A stretch of 64,000 nt of DNA. It comes from a virus. Taxonomy: Duplodnaviria > Caudoviricetes. Below are positions 8,281-17,635 of this stretch, in pieces. Location: the IMG/VR virus record IMGVR_UViG_3300042010_000129, positions 32,001 through 96,000 of that record; one strand, 5' to 3'. The stretch's first letter is position 1, and every line of letters starts with the position of its first letter. The translations under genes were made by a program, and so were the position numbers. The notes below the pieces were generated by a model. That model saw only the letters and a program-made list of their open reading frames with translations, ran no database searches and had not been told where the DNA came from.

Positions 8281-9531
8281 GTGGCTCATTCTAAATTTGA
8301 CGACCTGATCAAAGCGCTCAATGCCTTTGAATCCGGTATGGCAGAAAATACGCTCACGCGTAAAAGCGACATTATCAAACGGCTTGAAGAAATTTCGAAC
8401 CAAGCCACTATCCTGTTGAATCAGGGTAGCCTCCCAACGGGTAGCAAATCGACGCTTCTGAAGATCCGGAAACTGGTCAAAGAAACCGCCGAAGGTTTGC
8501 GCACCGACGTGTTCAGTTCCTTGGGGCCGATCCGTCGTATTTCTCGCGATCATTTGGGCACGCTTCACTCTGCATTGACTTTGCAGCTTGGCGGCGGTCT
8601 GACTGCTGAAGAGAAAACGCAAATCCGCGAAAGCTACGTCTCCGACGAAGATACGTCAGCCGAAGTCGAACGCCTCATTGAAGCATTCGATCCCGGTTCG
8701 TTGACCATCGGCGGCACGAAAGTTGATCTGCAATTGGCGCTGAATCATGTTCGCCAATTTCTGGATCAGAATTTCACGCTCTCGCAATTGCGCTCGATCC
8801 AGCCTTACAAATCCGGCGAATTGACTCCGGGCGGAAAGCCAGTCAAAAATCCTGACTCTGTTTGGAATGACCTCACGTACAGCGAAGTGCTGGCCGCGTC
8901 CGAGGAAACCCCAAAAGGCAAAACCCGTCTGGCCGCTCTCAAGCGCGAACTGGTCAAAAAACACGACGATGATTTGGCGACTCTTTCCGAGTCCTACAAA
9001 GAATTGTCGCGTCGTATGCCGCGAACCCTGAAACATCCCTTTGCCTCAATCTATTATCCCGTTGTTCCGATTTTCCAAGACATTGGCGTTTACAAAAATC
9101 CAACCCGTTTGGAAAACGCTGGCCTCAAGGTGACTCGCATTGGCGACCACTTTATCGTTCTGGAAAACCAACTGCTGCTGTGCATTGATCTTGATCGCAT
9201 CGGTATTAAAGACGGCATCCGTTTGACCAAAGACGGCCAGCGGATGAAAACTGTAAATAATAACAGTGCGTTGGAAACCGAAGTACACAAGATCGTTGGT
9301 CACATTAACGAAACGGCTCGCCACTCCGGCACTTCGTTTGCTGTTGCATCCGATACCATCGTGCGCAATCCGAACAACCCGCGAATCGCACTCGTCTGGT
9401 TGATTGAAGAAAAAGTTCGTAAGAAACTTGCCAACACGTTGACCAACACAAAAGTTCAGTGGGATATTCCGCGCCATCAAATGGAACCCACGCGTCTTAG
9501 CAAACGCCCTGCGCCAGCACGGACGAAGTGA
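8281..9531 (+). CDS. Hypothetical protein (416 aa)
   Basis: Long ORF, GTG start, phage-like codon usage; no recognised motif. Confidence 0.75.
   Translation: MAHSKFDDLIKALNAFESGMAENTLTRKSDIIKRLEEISNQATILLNQGSLPTGSKSTLLKIRKLVKETAEGLRTDVFSSLGPIRRISRDHLGTLHSALTLQLGGGLTAEEKTQIRESYVSDEDTSAEVERLIEAFDPGSLTIGGTKVDLQLALNHVRQFLDQNFTLSQLRSIQPYKSGELTPGGKPVKNPDSVWNDLTYSEVLAASEETPKGKTRLAALKRELVKKHDDDLATLSESYKELSRRMPRTLKHPFASIYYPVVPIFQDIGVYKNPTRLENAGLKVTRIGDHFIVLENQLLLCIDLDRIGIKDGIRLTKDGQRMKTVNNNSALETEVHKIVGHINETARHSGTSFAVASDTIVRNPNNPRIALVWLIEEKVRKKLANTLTNTKVQWDIPRHQMEPTRLSKRPAPARTK
9251..9259 (+). promoter_or_regulatory. CTGTAAATA candidate internal promoter
   Basis: AAAACTGTAAATAATA context identical to the 3451 copy; inside a CDS about 270 nt before the HNH gene. 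Confidence 0.4.
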
Positions 9532-10037
9532 CAGAAAAGTACAATGAGGGAGACTGCACGATTTGCGAAAAGTACCAGTCGCTTTTGCACTGGCACCACA
9601 CAATTCCGCAATCGCTTGGCGGTAAAAACAGCCTGCAAATCCCTCTTTGCGCTCAGTGTCATAACCTTCTGCATGCACATGCGTTGGCTATTTACGCTAG
9701 AACTAAAACAGGCCGAGCAATCCAGAAAAAATACTGGGCGACTCCGGCCATGGAACACAATGCAGGCCAGTGGTTAAAAATACTGGTAGAGGCAATTTTG
9801 TCTGACGAAGCTGTTGTGGGTAAACAGTACGTCATGCAATTCAAAGCGTCCCCTGCGTTGCACACAGCACTGCAACTGTTCAAATCGGACAGCAACGTAT
9901 CGTCGCTAGAGAAAGCGATGATATTAGCAATTAGTGATCATTTAAGAAATAGGGGCTACTTGGATAATGAGCGTTCAATCAGGGATCAAAGCACGGGTAA
10001 CAAAGGCACTTCGCGAAGTAAGCCCAACCTGTGGTGA
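9528..10037 (+). CDS. HNH endonuclease-domain protein
   Basis: CTIC...HWHHTIPQSLGG...LCAQCHNLLH. Confidence 0.8.
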   Translation: MTEKYNEGDCTICEKYQSLLHWHHTIPQSLGGKNSLQIPLCAQCHNLLHAHALAIYARTKTGRAIQKKYWATPAMEHNAGQWLKILVEAILSDEAVVGKQYVMQFKASPALHTALQLFKSDSNVSSLEKAMILAISDHLRNRGYLDNERSIRDQSTGNKGTSRSKPNLW

Positions 10038-10932
10038 TTGCAGCGGCCTACAAGACGACGTACTGGTCGAAGGAAATACGGTTCCATGTGGGGTGGTTCC
10101 GAAGGGTAATCTGACCAAGAAAAGTGCGACGGAAAAAGGTAATGTTTCGGCTAAAGAGTCCGCGAAAAACCGCGAACCAAAAACCGAGGCGTCTAGTATT
10201 TGTCCAAAGTTTTCGCCAAACACTCGCCCTGTCGGGGCGCTGGGCGATAACAAAATTGCTGAACTGGCTGACCTGATCGGCAGCATTGACGCTAAGGCCC
10301 TGCGTGCCCTTGGCGTCCTGATGTTTAACGAGCCTGCGACACGTGATCAAGGCATGACCTTTATGCAGAAGGTTTATGTTCGTTATCGCGGCGCAGCAAA
10401 CCGCAATTACATTTCCAATTTCATGCAAGCGTATGTCATGTACGCGACTTCACAGCAATACAAACTCATGAGCGCCGATGGCCGTTGCGTCCTGACTTAC
10501 GGGCCGCATTGCCGCCCGGTAATTCACACCGAAGCCGAATTTAAATCCATGTATGACAGCATGATGGCGAAAGGTGCATTGCTCGACCCTGATGCAACTA
10601 CTTTGATTTCCCGGCGCTGGCGCCACGAAGAGGAATTCAATCTCGGCATTTCTGATCTTGGCGATAAAATGGCTAAAGACGGAATCGGTGTTTCGACGAT
10701 TGACGATGTGTTTACCTCAAGTGGTGTTCGGAAAGGTCGCAAAAAAGGTTTGCCGGATCTTATCAGTCTGGTGGCCGATGCGGCAGCTGGTTACGACGTG
10801 GACAACATCGCCGCCAACTTTGTGGAACGCGACGTTAAGCGTGACAAAGGCGACGACGGTGATGATGACGCGCCGAAAAAGAAACGTGGTTCCGGGGTTA
10901 AAGTTCGTAACGTTCGTGGGGGTGCAGAATAA
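9967..10932 (+). CDS. Hypothetical protein with N-terminal Cys cluster and D/K tail
   Basis: CGDC...C...CPKF; C-terminal DDGDDDAPKKKR. Confidence 0.7.
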   Translation: MSVQSGIKARVTKALREVSPTCGDCSGLQDDVLVEGNTVPCGVVPKGNLTKKSATEKGNVSAKESAKNREPKTEASSICPKFSPNTRPVGALGDNKIAELADLIGSIDAKALRALGVLMFNEPATRDQGMTFMQKVYVRYRGAANRNYISNFMQAYVMYATSQQYKLMSADGRCVLTYGPHCRPVIHTEAEFKSMYDSMMAKGALLDPDATTLISRRWRHEEEFNLGISDLGDKMAKDGIGVSTIDDVFTSSGVRKGRKKGLPDLISLVADAAAGYDVDNIAANFVERDVKRDKGDDGDDDAPKKKRGSGVKVRNVRGGAE

Positions 10933-12038
10933 TGCTGGGTAAATACATCACTCAAATCGGAATTGATCCTCAGTCCCATGACGGGCAGCGCTTGATCGAG
11001 GAATGTATTCTCTGTTTGTCCGGCGTAAATTCTGCTTTCGATTTCCAGCGCAACGTCAAAACCATCGACCTGACCCCTACAGGTATGAGCGGAAAAGATG
11101 TGCGACTCGGCCTCATGGAAAAAAGCTATCTCACGGTCAACGTGAAATATGCAGCTTTGTTCCTCTCGCTTGTCCCAAACAATGCTGACGCCTACAACAA
11201 GCTCCAAGCGTATTTGAACGCGGAAGACATTGCGCTTTTCCGTCACTACTTTACGCGCCGTTCGTTCAAGGCCAACGTCAAGGCCTACGCTGTTGCGCGT
11301 GGTCTGATTGCCCGCGACGTTTCGATTGTGGCAATGCGTCGGGACAAAAAAGCGTTTGACGATCTTCTGGATAAAGCGACCCGCCACATTACATCCCGTG
11401 TGCGGAAAAAACTTAGTTTTGTGATGAAATCCGAAAACACCAGCAACAAGGATTTCAACGGCGACCTGACTTGCAAAGTCCTGCGCGCTTATCACTCGCT
11501 GATCCCGACAAAGCAGCCTGAAGCCTACATCGTGAATTACCTGCGCCGTTCCGCGTCCAATGAGACGACGAACCTGTGCAAGAAGCACACGACCGGCAAG
11601 CGGGGCCGTTTGGTGGCAACCGGTGATGACGGCTACGGCGGTCAGAATTATGAGGTTGTTTGCCGTTCGGAAAACCAGACTCACAAAGGCGCAGAAGGCG
11701 AGTCGGAATTCGACATGCTGATGGGTACTCAGGTTGAGGACTCGACGCCAACAATTGAATCGTCGATTTTAATGAGCCGTTTGTTCAGCAAGTTCAAAGG
11801 CCGCAAACTCAAAGTGCTGGAAATTTTGAGTGGGCACATCGACGAAGGTTTCACGCGGTTCCTGAAGCGCAATAATAAACTTGGCCGGGGCATCGACCAT
11901 ACCGACTACCAACGTCGTGTTCCGCACCAGACCTTTCTGAATACACTCGCTGAATATGTCGGCGTTTACCGGGAAGCGTTCATGCGTTTTGTGCAATACA
12001 TCGGTGGTGTACTGACTGCACATAAGGAGTTTGCTTAA
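10932..12038 (+). CDS. Hypothetical protein, possible divergent sigma-like factor
   Basis: TAATG coupling; DFNGDLTCKVLRAY...YIVNYLRRSASNETTNL weakly recalls ECF region 2. Confidence 0.55.
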   Translation: MLGKYITQIGIDPQSHDGQRLIEECILCLSGVNSAFDFQRNVKTIDLTPTGMSGKDVRLGLMEKSYLTVNVKYAALFLSLVPNNADAYNKLQAYLNAEDIALFRHYFTRRSFKANVKAYAVARGLIARDVSIVAMRRDKKAFDDLLDKATRHITSRVRKKLSFVMKSENTSNKDFNGDLTCKVLRAYHSLIPTKQPEAYIVNYLRRSASNETTNLCKKHTTGKRGRLVATGDDGYGGQNYEVVCRSENQTHKGAEGESEFDMLMGTQVEDSTPTIESSILMSRLFSKFKGRKLKVLEILSGHIDEGFTRFLKRNNKLGRGIDHTDYQRRVPHQTFLNTLAEYVGVYREAFMRFVQYIGGVLTAHKEFA

Positions 12039-12391
12039 TGGATGTGAAAGTCCACCTCAAGGACATGGAAGCAGACGCGCTGACCCTGTGGAAAGTGGAT
12101 GCTCCGATTACCTACAAGCGCCAGATTATGAAAGAGCTTTACAATCTGATCCGGCTGCAACCAAACCAAACTGACGTGCGCCTTTTTAATGATCTGAAGC
12201 GCACGTGCTACAACGTGACACGCGTCGAATTTGACTGTGCATTGGCCTCGCTGAAATACTTCGATGTGATCGGGATTCATCCCGTACCACTGGCAGAAGG
12301 CGATGTTTTCCACGTCAACCGGAAACGCCGCAGTGTCCCGCTTTGGAGAAAATACTTAAAACAACTTGGGGCCGCTTCCGTGGCATCGTAG
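12038..12391 (+). CDS. Hypothetical protein
   Basis: AAGGAG SD, TAATG coupling. Confidence 0.7.
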   Translation: MDVKVHLKDMEADALTLWKVDAPITYKRQIMKELYNLIRLQPNQTDVRLFNDLKRTCYNVTRVEFDCALASLKYFDVIGIHPVPLAEGDVFHVNRKRRSVPLWRKYLKQLGAASVAS

Positions 12392-12401
12392 TAGGTAAAC
12401 T

Positions 12402-13916
12402 ATGCAGATTCACAGTCAGACCGCTGAACTCCGGGCGTTGCTAACAGTAACGACCAAAAAGATGAACGAAGAACAGCGAACACTGTGGCTCGGCAAACTC
12501 AACAAGGATCATTTCTTCACGCCGGTGATGCGACAAGCTTTCGAGCGAATCACATCGCTGGCGCGGAAGCGTTTCCAAATCGTCAGCTGGAAAAGTCTGA
12601 TTGAAGACCCAAGCCTCGACGAAGACATTCGCGATATTCTGGCGGAAACCAAGGAAAAACCTTGCGTCAAGAAATCGCAAATGCGGGAGACGCTGGAAAC
12701 TCTTGAAGAGTTCCGCAAAATTCGAGTCATGCGGGACGTTGCGAATCTTATTTATGAATCGCTCGAAGGCACGGCAGTTGATGCTGAAAACCTTCTGAAC
12801 CGCGTCCAGCAGAACATTACGAAAGCCACCGCCGCTAAGCATCAAGACGTTTCTTTTCTGCGCTTCGGTAAGGATGCAAACAGTCGCGAAGTAACCGACC
12901 GTATCTGTCGTAACGAAACCATGCCCCGGATTAAAACGGGCATGGCCGCTTACGATTTGGCGAACGGCGGGTTTCCGGATTCTGGCGTGGTGTTTTTGGC
13001 CGCGACAACTTCCGGTGGTAAATCGACAGTCGCGATGAACATTGCGCTGCACATGTTTTTGAATGAAAAGTTAAGCGTCTTCCGCGTCTCCCTCGAAATG
13101 CAGGAGATTCAAGAAACGCAGCGGATGTATTCTCACTTAACAGGCATTCCGCTCAAGCGGTTCAAGCATGCCGTGTTGACTGAGGATGACAAACGCAAAA
13201 TCCGCAAGGTCGAAAAGGATCTTGCAAAGCATGGTGAAAAGCACGGTATCCACCAGACGATCCACTGCCCGAAAGGCGGATTGTCCATGGAAGAAACTCT
13301 GCAACTCGCCAAGCCGTTTGGCTACAAAATCATCGTGATCGACTACATCGGTTTGTTGAACGAAGACAGCGGCAAAGATCAGTGGAAATCTCTGATGGAT
13401 GCGGCGCGTATCGCGAAGAACTACACGCAAGAAACTGGCGCCCTCGTTATCCTGCTTGCACAGTTGGACGACGAAAAAGAAAGCATGCGTTATTCCAAAG
13501 GTATGAAGGAACACGCCGACGTTGTAATCCAGTGGAACTACACCCGTCCGGAAAGTCGCGAAGTGCGCCTGATTCCAATGTTCGTTTCCAAAGACCGGGA
13601 CGGTGAAACAAACTTCGGTTACGACCTCGAAGAACGTTTCGATATCATGACTGTATTTAACCCCGGCACGCAAAACGGCGGATCGGGCGGAGGAAACCTT
13701 GAGTTCGAAGATGACGACGGAGACAAAAAGCCGAAAAAGAAAAAGCTTAAAGACGGGTCAAGCAAAAAGCTCAAAGACTCCGACGACAAGCCGAAAAAGC
13801 TCAAGAAAAAAGGAACCAAGTCACTCAAAGAAGAACTCAACCCCGGCAAAAAGAAAAAATCTAAATCCAGCACCAAATCCATCGGGTATGATGATGGGCC
13901 TGCCGCGCTCTCTTGA
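12402..13916 (+). CDS. dnaB: DnaB-like replicative helicase with D/K-rich tail
   Basis: Walker A LAATTSGGKST, SLEM, IVIDYIGLL, LLAQL, KDRDG. Confidence 0.9.
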   Translation: MQIHSQTAELRALLTVTTKKMNEEQRTLWLGKLNKDHFFTPVMRQAFERITSLARKRFQIVSWKSLIEDPSLDEDIRDILAETKEKPCVKKSQMRETLETLEEFRKIRVMRDVANLIYESLEGTAVDAENLLNRVQQNITKATAAKHQDVSFLRFGKDANSREVTDRICRNETMPRIKTGMAAYDLANGGFPDSGVVFLAATTSGGKSTVAMNIALHMFLNEKLSVFRVSLEMQEIQETQRMYSHLTGIPLKRFKHAVLTEDDKRKIRKVEKDLAKHGEKHGIHQTIHCPKGGLSMEETLQLAKPFGYKIIVIDYIGLLNEDSGKDQWKSLMDAARIAKNYTQETGALVILLAQLDDEKESMRYSKGMKEHADVVIQWNYTRPESREVRLIPMFVSKDRDGETNFGYDLEERFDIMTVFNPGTQNGGSGGGNLEFEDDDGDKKPKKKKLKDGSSKKLKDSDDKPKKLKKKGTKSLKEELNPGKKKKSKSSTKSIGYDDGPAALS

Positions 13917-14643
13917 TAAGCTCACACGCGGCGAACACATCGACATTGTTGCAGGCAACACCCGCATAGGAACCCATGACGTTTTTCCAACGAAAAATGT
14001 TTTCCTTGTCGAACATCGACCGGTGCCAAACGGAGTCTTCCGTGCTGACCCGACCATCCCGCCATGGCGTTATGCAGACGCAATTGCCATGGACGTTCCC
14101 TACGATGCCCCGCGCACTCGCCACGAAAATATTCACTACTACGAAGAAAAAGAATCTCCGCTCGCAATGAACGAGTTCGAGGTTCCTGACTCTGAATTAG
14201 TGGATTTCAATTCGGAAGCATCGCGGGAACTGGAACGTTACAAAAAACTCTTTTATAAAAACGCCGCGTCTCTCAGTGCTTTGCACGATGCGGCGGAATA
14301 TGTTGAGGCTGCTTTGAGTAGCGGCCTCGATATCGAACTCGACATGGACTTGGCGTTGCTTAACGCCTTTGTCCCGCTGTCCCGGCTCGACGCAATCGCA
14401 ACCATGGCGCGTTCCACTTCTTTGACCGGAACGCAGCAAGAATCCTACATCGAAAAAGTCACTGCATTCCTTGCTGAAAAAACTGTCCACGCTCTCGATA
14501 AATACGACGCGGGTGTGGCTGCACGCAAGGGATTCGAACATGCTAAGGAACTGTATGCACGCGTACTTACGAAAGAACAGCAAACTACGCAGAATGCCGA
14601 TCATCCGCAAACGATGTGGGGCATCCGAGGTACACGCAAATAA
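13888..14643 (+). CDS. Hypothetical protein preceding terminase (small terminase possible but unsupported)
   Basis: Real start is likely ATG 13888-13894 rather than 13699; its stop overlaps the terminase start. Confidence 0.6.
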   Translation: MMMGLPRSLDKLTRGEHIDIVAGNTRIGTHDVFPTKNVFLVEHRPVPNGVFRADPTIPPWRYADAIAMDVPYDAPRTRHENIHYYEEKESPLAMNEFEVPDSELVDFNSEASRELERYKKLFYKNAASLSALHDAAEYVEAALSSGLDIELDMDLALLNAFVPLSRLDAIATMARSTSLTGTQQESYIEKVTAFLAEKTVHALDKYDAGVAARKGFEHAKELYARVLTKEQQTTQNADHPQTMWGIRGTRK

Positions 14644-17543
14644 TGAAGATGAAGAAATCGAAAGGGGGCTTATTAGTCCCCGACAAGCGCATCATGGTGG
14701 CGCAGGATAATCCGTTCGATTACCTTCTGAATTTGAAGGAACACGGACGGGTTCCCGCCCACGATGACATTGAACACATGGGCAAGTCCGCCGCATCCAT
14801 GATTACAAGTCTGGATGTGGATTCGGAAATCAATATTTCGAAAACCATCCGCGAATTGATGGACTCGAAAGTTGTAATCCCGAAGGACATGAAAATCGAC
14901 GACGGCGATTTGCCAGTCGCGAAAAACTTTTACGAATGGGTCACGCAAGACAAATTCGGCACCATCGGTGATGAACGTCCGTTCCTCGAACAATTGATTT
15001 GGGGCCTGATCGGATTCAACGACGTTTGTTATTCGTGTTCGGATATGCAGTGGTTGTTGCACGACCACAAAGTTGACGACACGTATTCGAAACTCGAACG
15101 GAAAGTCGCGCTGCTGGAAGAGGGCGTGTGTCCGCACTGTCACCGTGGGCGCTCTGAAGCCGTCAACGCGGGATTGATGCCGTACTACAACGAACTGGCA
15201 ATCAACGCCGGGCAACGTTGCGTAATCGGCAGCACACCAGTTCTATCGCAGCACGGCCTGCTGCACATCGACGAAGTTTATCCGGGGGCACCAATCGGAT
15301 TTACTGAATTCGAAACGCCAATTCACAACGGCCAACAATTTGAAACCACGTCGCATTATTTCGTCGCTGAGCCAGAAATGGTTTATCGGGTAGATACTGC
15401 ACGTGGTTTCTCTGTTACTGGCACAGCTGACCATCCTATCGACACGGAATTTGGTTTCGTGAAAATTGGTGAACTGGTGCCGAACACGCAGCTGGAAATT
15501 CACTACGGCCAACGGATCTTCGGCCAAGGTGTGTTGCGTGATGCTCGCCAAATGGGCAGCAACTTTTTCAATACAATTCTTCCGCTGCAAATACGCACAT
15601 CGTGCGAAGCGGATGTAATCAAATTTCTGCAAGGCCTCTTCCGCGAAGCGCGGCGCGTATTTGTGGGCACCGAAGCCCTACGCGACGTTAGCGCACTTCT
15701 CCTGAATGCTGGTTATCCTCACACGATTGACGGCCCAGCAATTCAACTCGAAAACGCCACGTTCGAAAATCTGAAAACAGATGCTTGGACTTCCGGCACA
15801 TTCACCGATCAAATCACAGAAATTTCTGAGTTCGGCGTTCTTCCTACCTACGATTTCACTCTGCCGGAAACGCACCAGTTCATCACTGGCGGTATTCTTT
15901 CGCACAACTCCGGTAAATCTCACACCGTGGGCACGTATCTAGCGCCCTATCACCTGCACCGATTGCTGAAACTGCAAAAGCCTGCGCAGTTCTATGGCCT
16001 GTCACGTACCACGATGCTGCAAGGCACGTTCGCGGCCCTGACCTACACGCAAGCAAAGGATACTTTGTGGACGCCGTTCTATGGCGCGCTCATTGAGTCC
16101 GCATGGTTCAAGCAATACCACGGGATGCTCAAGCATTACGAAAACGTTTATGGCGAACGTCTTTTCAAACTGACGGATACCTTCGTTGACTACCGTGTTC
16201 GGGGTTTGCAATATCACCCGATGGGGCCAGACAAACGGGTAATGCGGGGACGTACTCGCGTCTTTTTCTCAATCGACGAAATTGCATACTTCGACGCTGA
16301 AAAAGATTCCGGCAAAGTGAAAATCAACGCCTACGAAGTTTACGATGCATTGGCGAACAGCTTGCTTACCGTGCGCGGTGCGGCTGAACAGTTAATTCAA
16401 CGTGGCTTCGATGACGTGCTTAGTGCCTACGCGATGAACGTAAGTTCTCCGACCGCAAAAAACGACATGATCCACGTGCTGCTGGATCGTGCGAAAGAAT
16501 CCCAATCCATTTACGGGATTCACCGGCCAACGTGGGAAGTAAACCCGAACTTCAAACGCAATTCCAAGGTTATTGTCGATGCTTACCGCAAAGATCCGGA
16601 ATCTGCTGAAAAGAACTTCGGTGCAAATCCGCCGCTGATCGCAAACCCATTCCTCGCGAACCACAAGTTCATCATGAACACCGAGGATACGTCGAAAAAG
16701 AATGCGATCAAACTGGTTACGCGTTTCAAAAACAGCAAGCAACTCGGCCAGTCGTACATGTACGCCGAAATCGAGAAAATCAAGAAGAGCGGCAAGCCGT
16801 CTATTCTGGCAATCGACGCCGGGGAAAAGGACAACAGCTTTTCTGTTTGCGGCGGTACTCTCGACGAAGATTTTAATTTATGTGTAGACCTTGTTGGCGA
16901 GATTATTCCGCTGCCCGGCTACCGTTTGAATCATTCAAAGATTTACGATCACGTTATCCTGCCAATCATGCAGGCGCGTAATTGCAAGATACTTCTGGCC
17001 GACCGCTGGAACAGTATTAAACTTTTGGACGATGCACGCGGTGACATGAGCGATCCGGAAGCCGACGATGCAATGCCGGACTTTATCGCAAAGCAATACA
17101 GTCTGAAATACGTGGACATGGTGGGCGTCAGAACGCGAATGGAACAGGGCCAGATTATTCTGCCTAAATCCGAAATCAAGGTTAACACTTTGATCGACGT
17201 TATCGACTCGAACTATCGTGAGTTTTACCACGAAAAACCTGTAGCGCATTTGTACAAACAGATGTTTACCATTCGCGACCAACTAAAAGGTGTTGGTAAA
17301 GGCGATGGATATACCGATGATAACTGGCGAGCGATGGCCCTGCTGTTGTGGGGTTTGATGGAAGAGGAATACGTCGGAATGCTTATGGCAGAACCGATGA
17401 ACCTTACGCTTGCACGTCCTAACGCGTTGGCTGCTTCGAAACTTGGCGCAGGCGGTGGCGGATCGGTTGGCAATGGTGGCGGGGGCCTGACCACACAAAA
17501 CGGCGCACCACTCATGATTATGAGTTCCGGTCGCAGTCGTTAA
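14643..17543 (+). CDS. Terminase large subunit, intein-containing
   Basis: Reconstituted Walker A GQR/SGKS, FSIDEIAYF Walker B, ILAIDAGEKDNSF nuclease motif, DDNWRA; start coupled at TAATG 14641. Confidence 0.85.
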   Translation: MKMKKSKGGLLVPDKRIMVAQDNPFDYLLNLKEHGRVPAHDDIEHMGKSAASMITSLDVDSEINISKTIRELMDSKVVIPKDMKIDDGDLPVAKNFYEWVTQDKFGTIGDERPFLEQLIWGLIGFNDVCYSCSDMQWLLHDHKVDDTYSKLERKVALLEEGVCPHCHRGRSEAVNAGLMPYYNELAINAGQRCVIGSTPVLSQHGLLHIDEVYPGAPIGFTEFETPIHNGQQFETTSHYFVAEPEMVYRVDTARGFSVTGTADHPIDTEFGFVKIGELVPNTQLEIHYGQRIFGQGVLRDARQMGSNFFNTILPLQIRTSCEADVIKFLQGLFREARRVFVGTEALRDVSALLLNAGYPHTIDGPAIQLENATFENLKTDAWTSGTFTDQITEISEFGVLPTYDFTLPETHQFITGGILSHNSGKSHTVGTYLAPYHLHRLLKLQKPAQFYGLSRTTMLQGTFAALTYTQAKDTLWTPFYGALIESAWFKQYHGMLKHYENVYGERLFKLTDTFVDYRVRGLQYHPMGPDKRVMRGRTRVFFSIDEIAYFDAEKDSGKVKINAYEVYDALANSLLTVRGAAEQLIQRGFDDVLSAYAMNVSSPTAKNDMIHVLLDRAKESQSIYGIHRPTWEVNPNFKRNSKVIVDAYRKDPESAEKNFGANPPLIANPFLANHKFIMNTEDTSKKNAIKLVTRFKNSKQLGQSYMYAEIEKIKKSGKPSILAIDAGEKDNSFSVCGGTLDEDFNLCVDLVGEIIPLPGYRLNHSKIYDHVILPIMQARNCKILLADRWNSIKLLDDARGDMSDPEADDAMPDFIAKQYSLKYVDMVGVRTRMEQGQIILPKSEIKVNTLIDVIDSNYREFYHEKPVAHLYKQMFTIRDQLKGVGKGDGYTDDNWRAMALLLWGLMEEEYVGMLMAEPMNLTLARPNALAASKLGAGGGGSVGNGGGGLTTQNGAPLMIMSSGRSR
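15219..15908 (+). mobile_element. Intein (230 aa) in the terminase P-loop with a degenerate LAGLIDADG remnant
   Basis: Starts CVIGSTPV, block B VTGTADHPI, block F TYDFTL, ends ILSHN followed by Ser; FLQGLFREARR remnant. Confidence 0.9.
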
Positions 17544-17545
17544 AT

Positions 17546-17582
17546 ACGGCGCTCCATTTGGGGCGCTGTTTACTTTCTTTTT
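17546..17582 (+). terminator. Rho-independent terminator
   Basis: ACGGCGCTCC/GGGGCGCTGT stem followed by TTACTTTCTTTTT. Confidence 0.75.
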
Positions 17583-17635
17583 GCTGGTGACTATTATGAA
17601 AACTTTGCATCCCAAGATTTTCGAGGAATTCCCTA

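Noticed and set aside
10860-10890. PKKKR resembling the SV40 nuclear localisation signal (also PKKKK in SSB and DnaB)
   Set aside because: SD sites, a sigma factor and operon coupling indicate a bacterial host. Treated as charge-block tails instead.
13699-13887. N-terminal extension of the 13699 ORF
   Set aside because: It is an alternate frame over the low-complexity DnaB tail; the likely start is 13888-13894.
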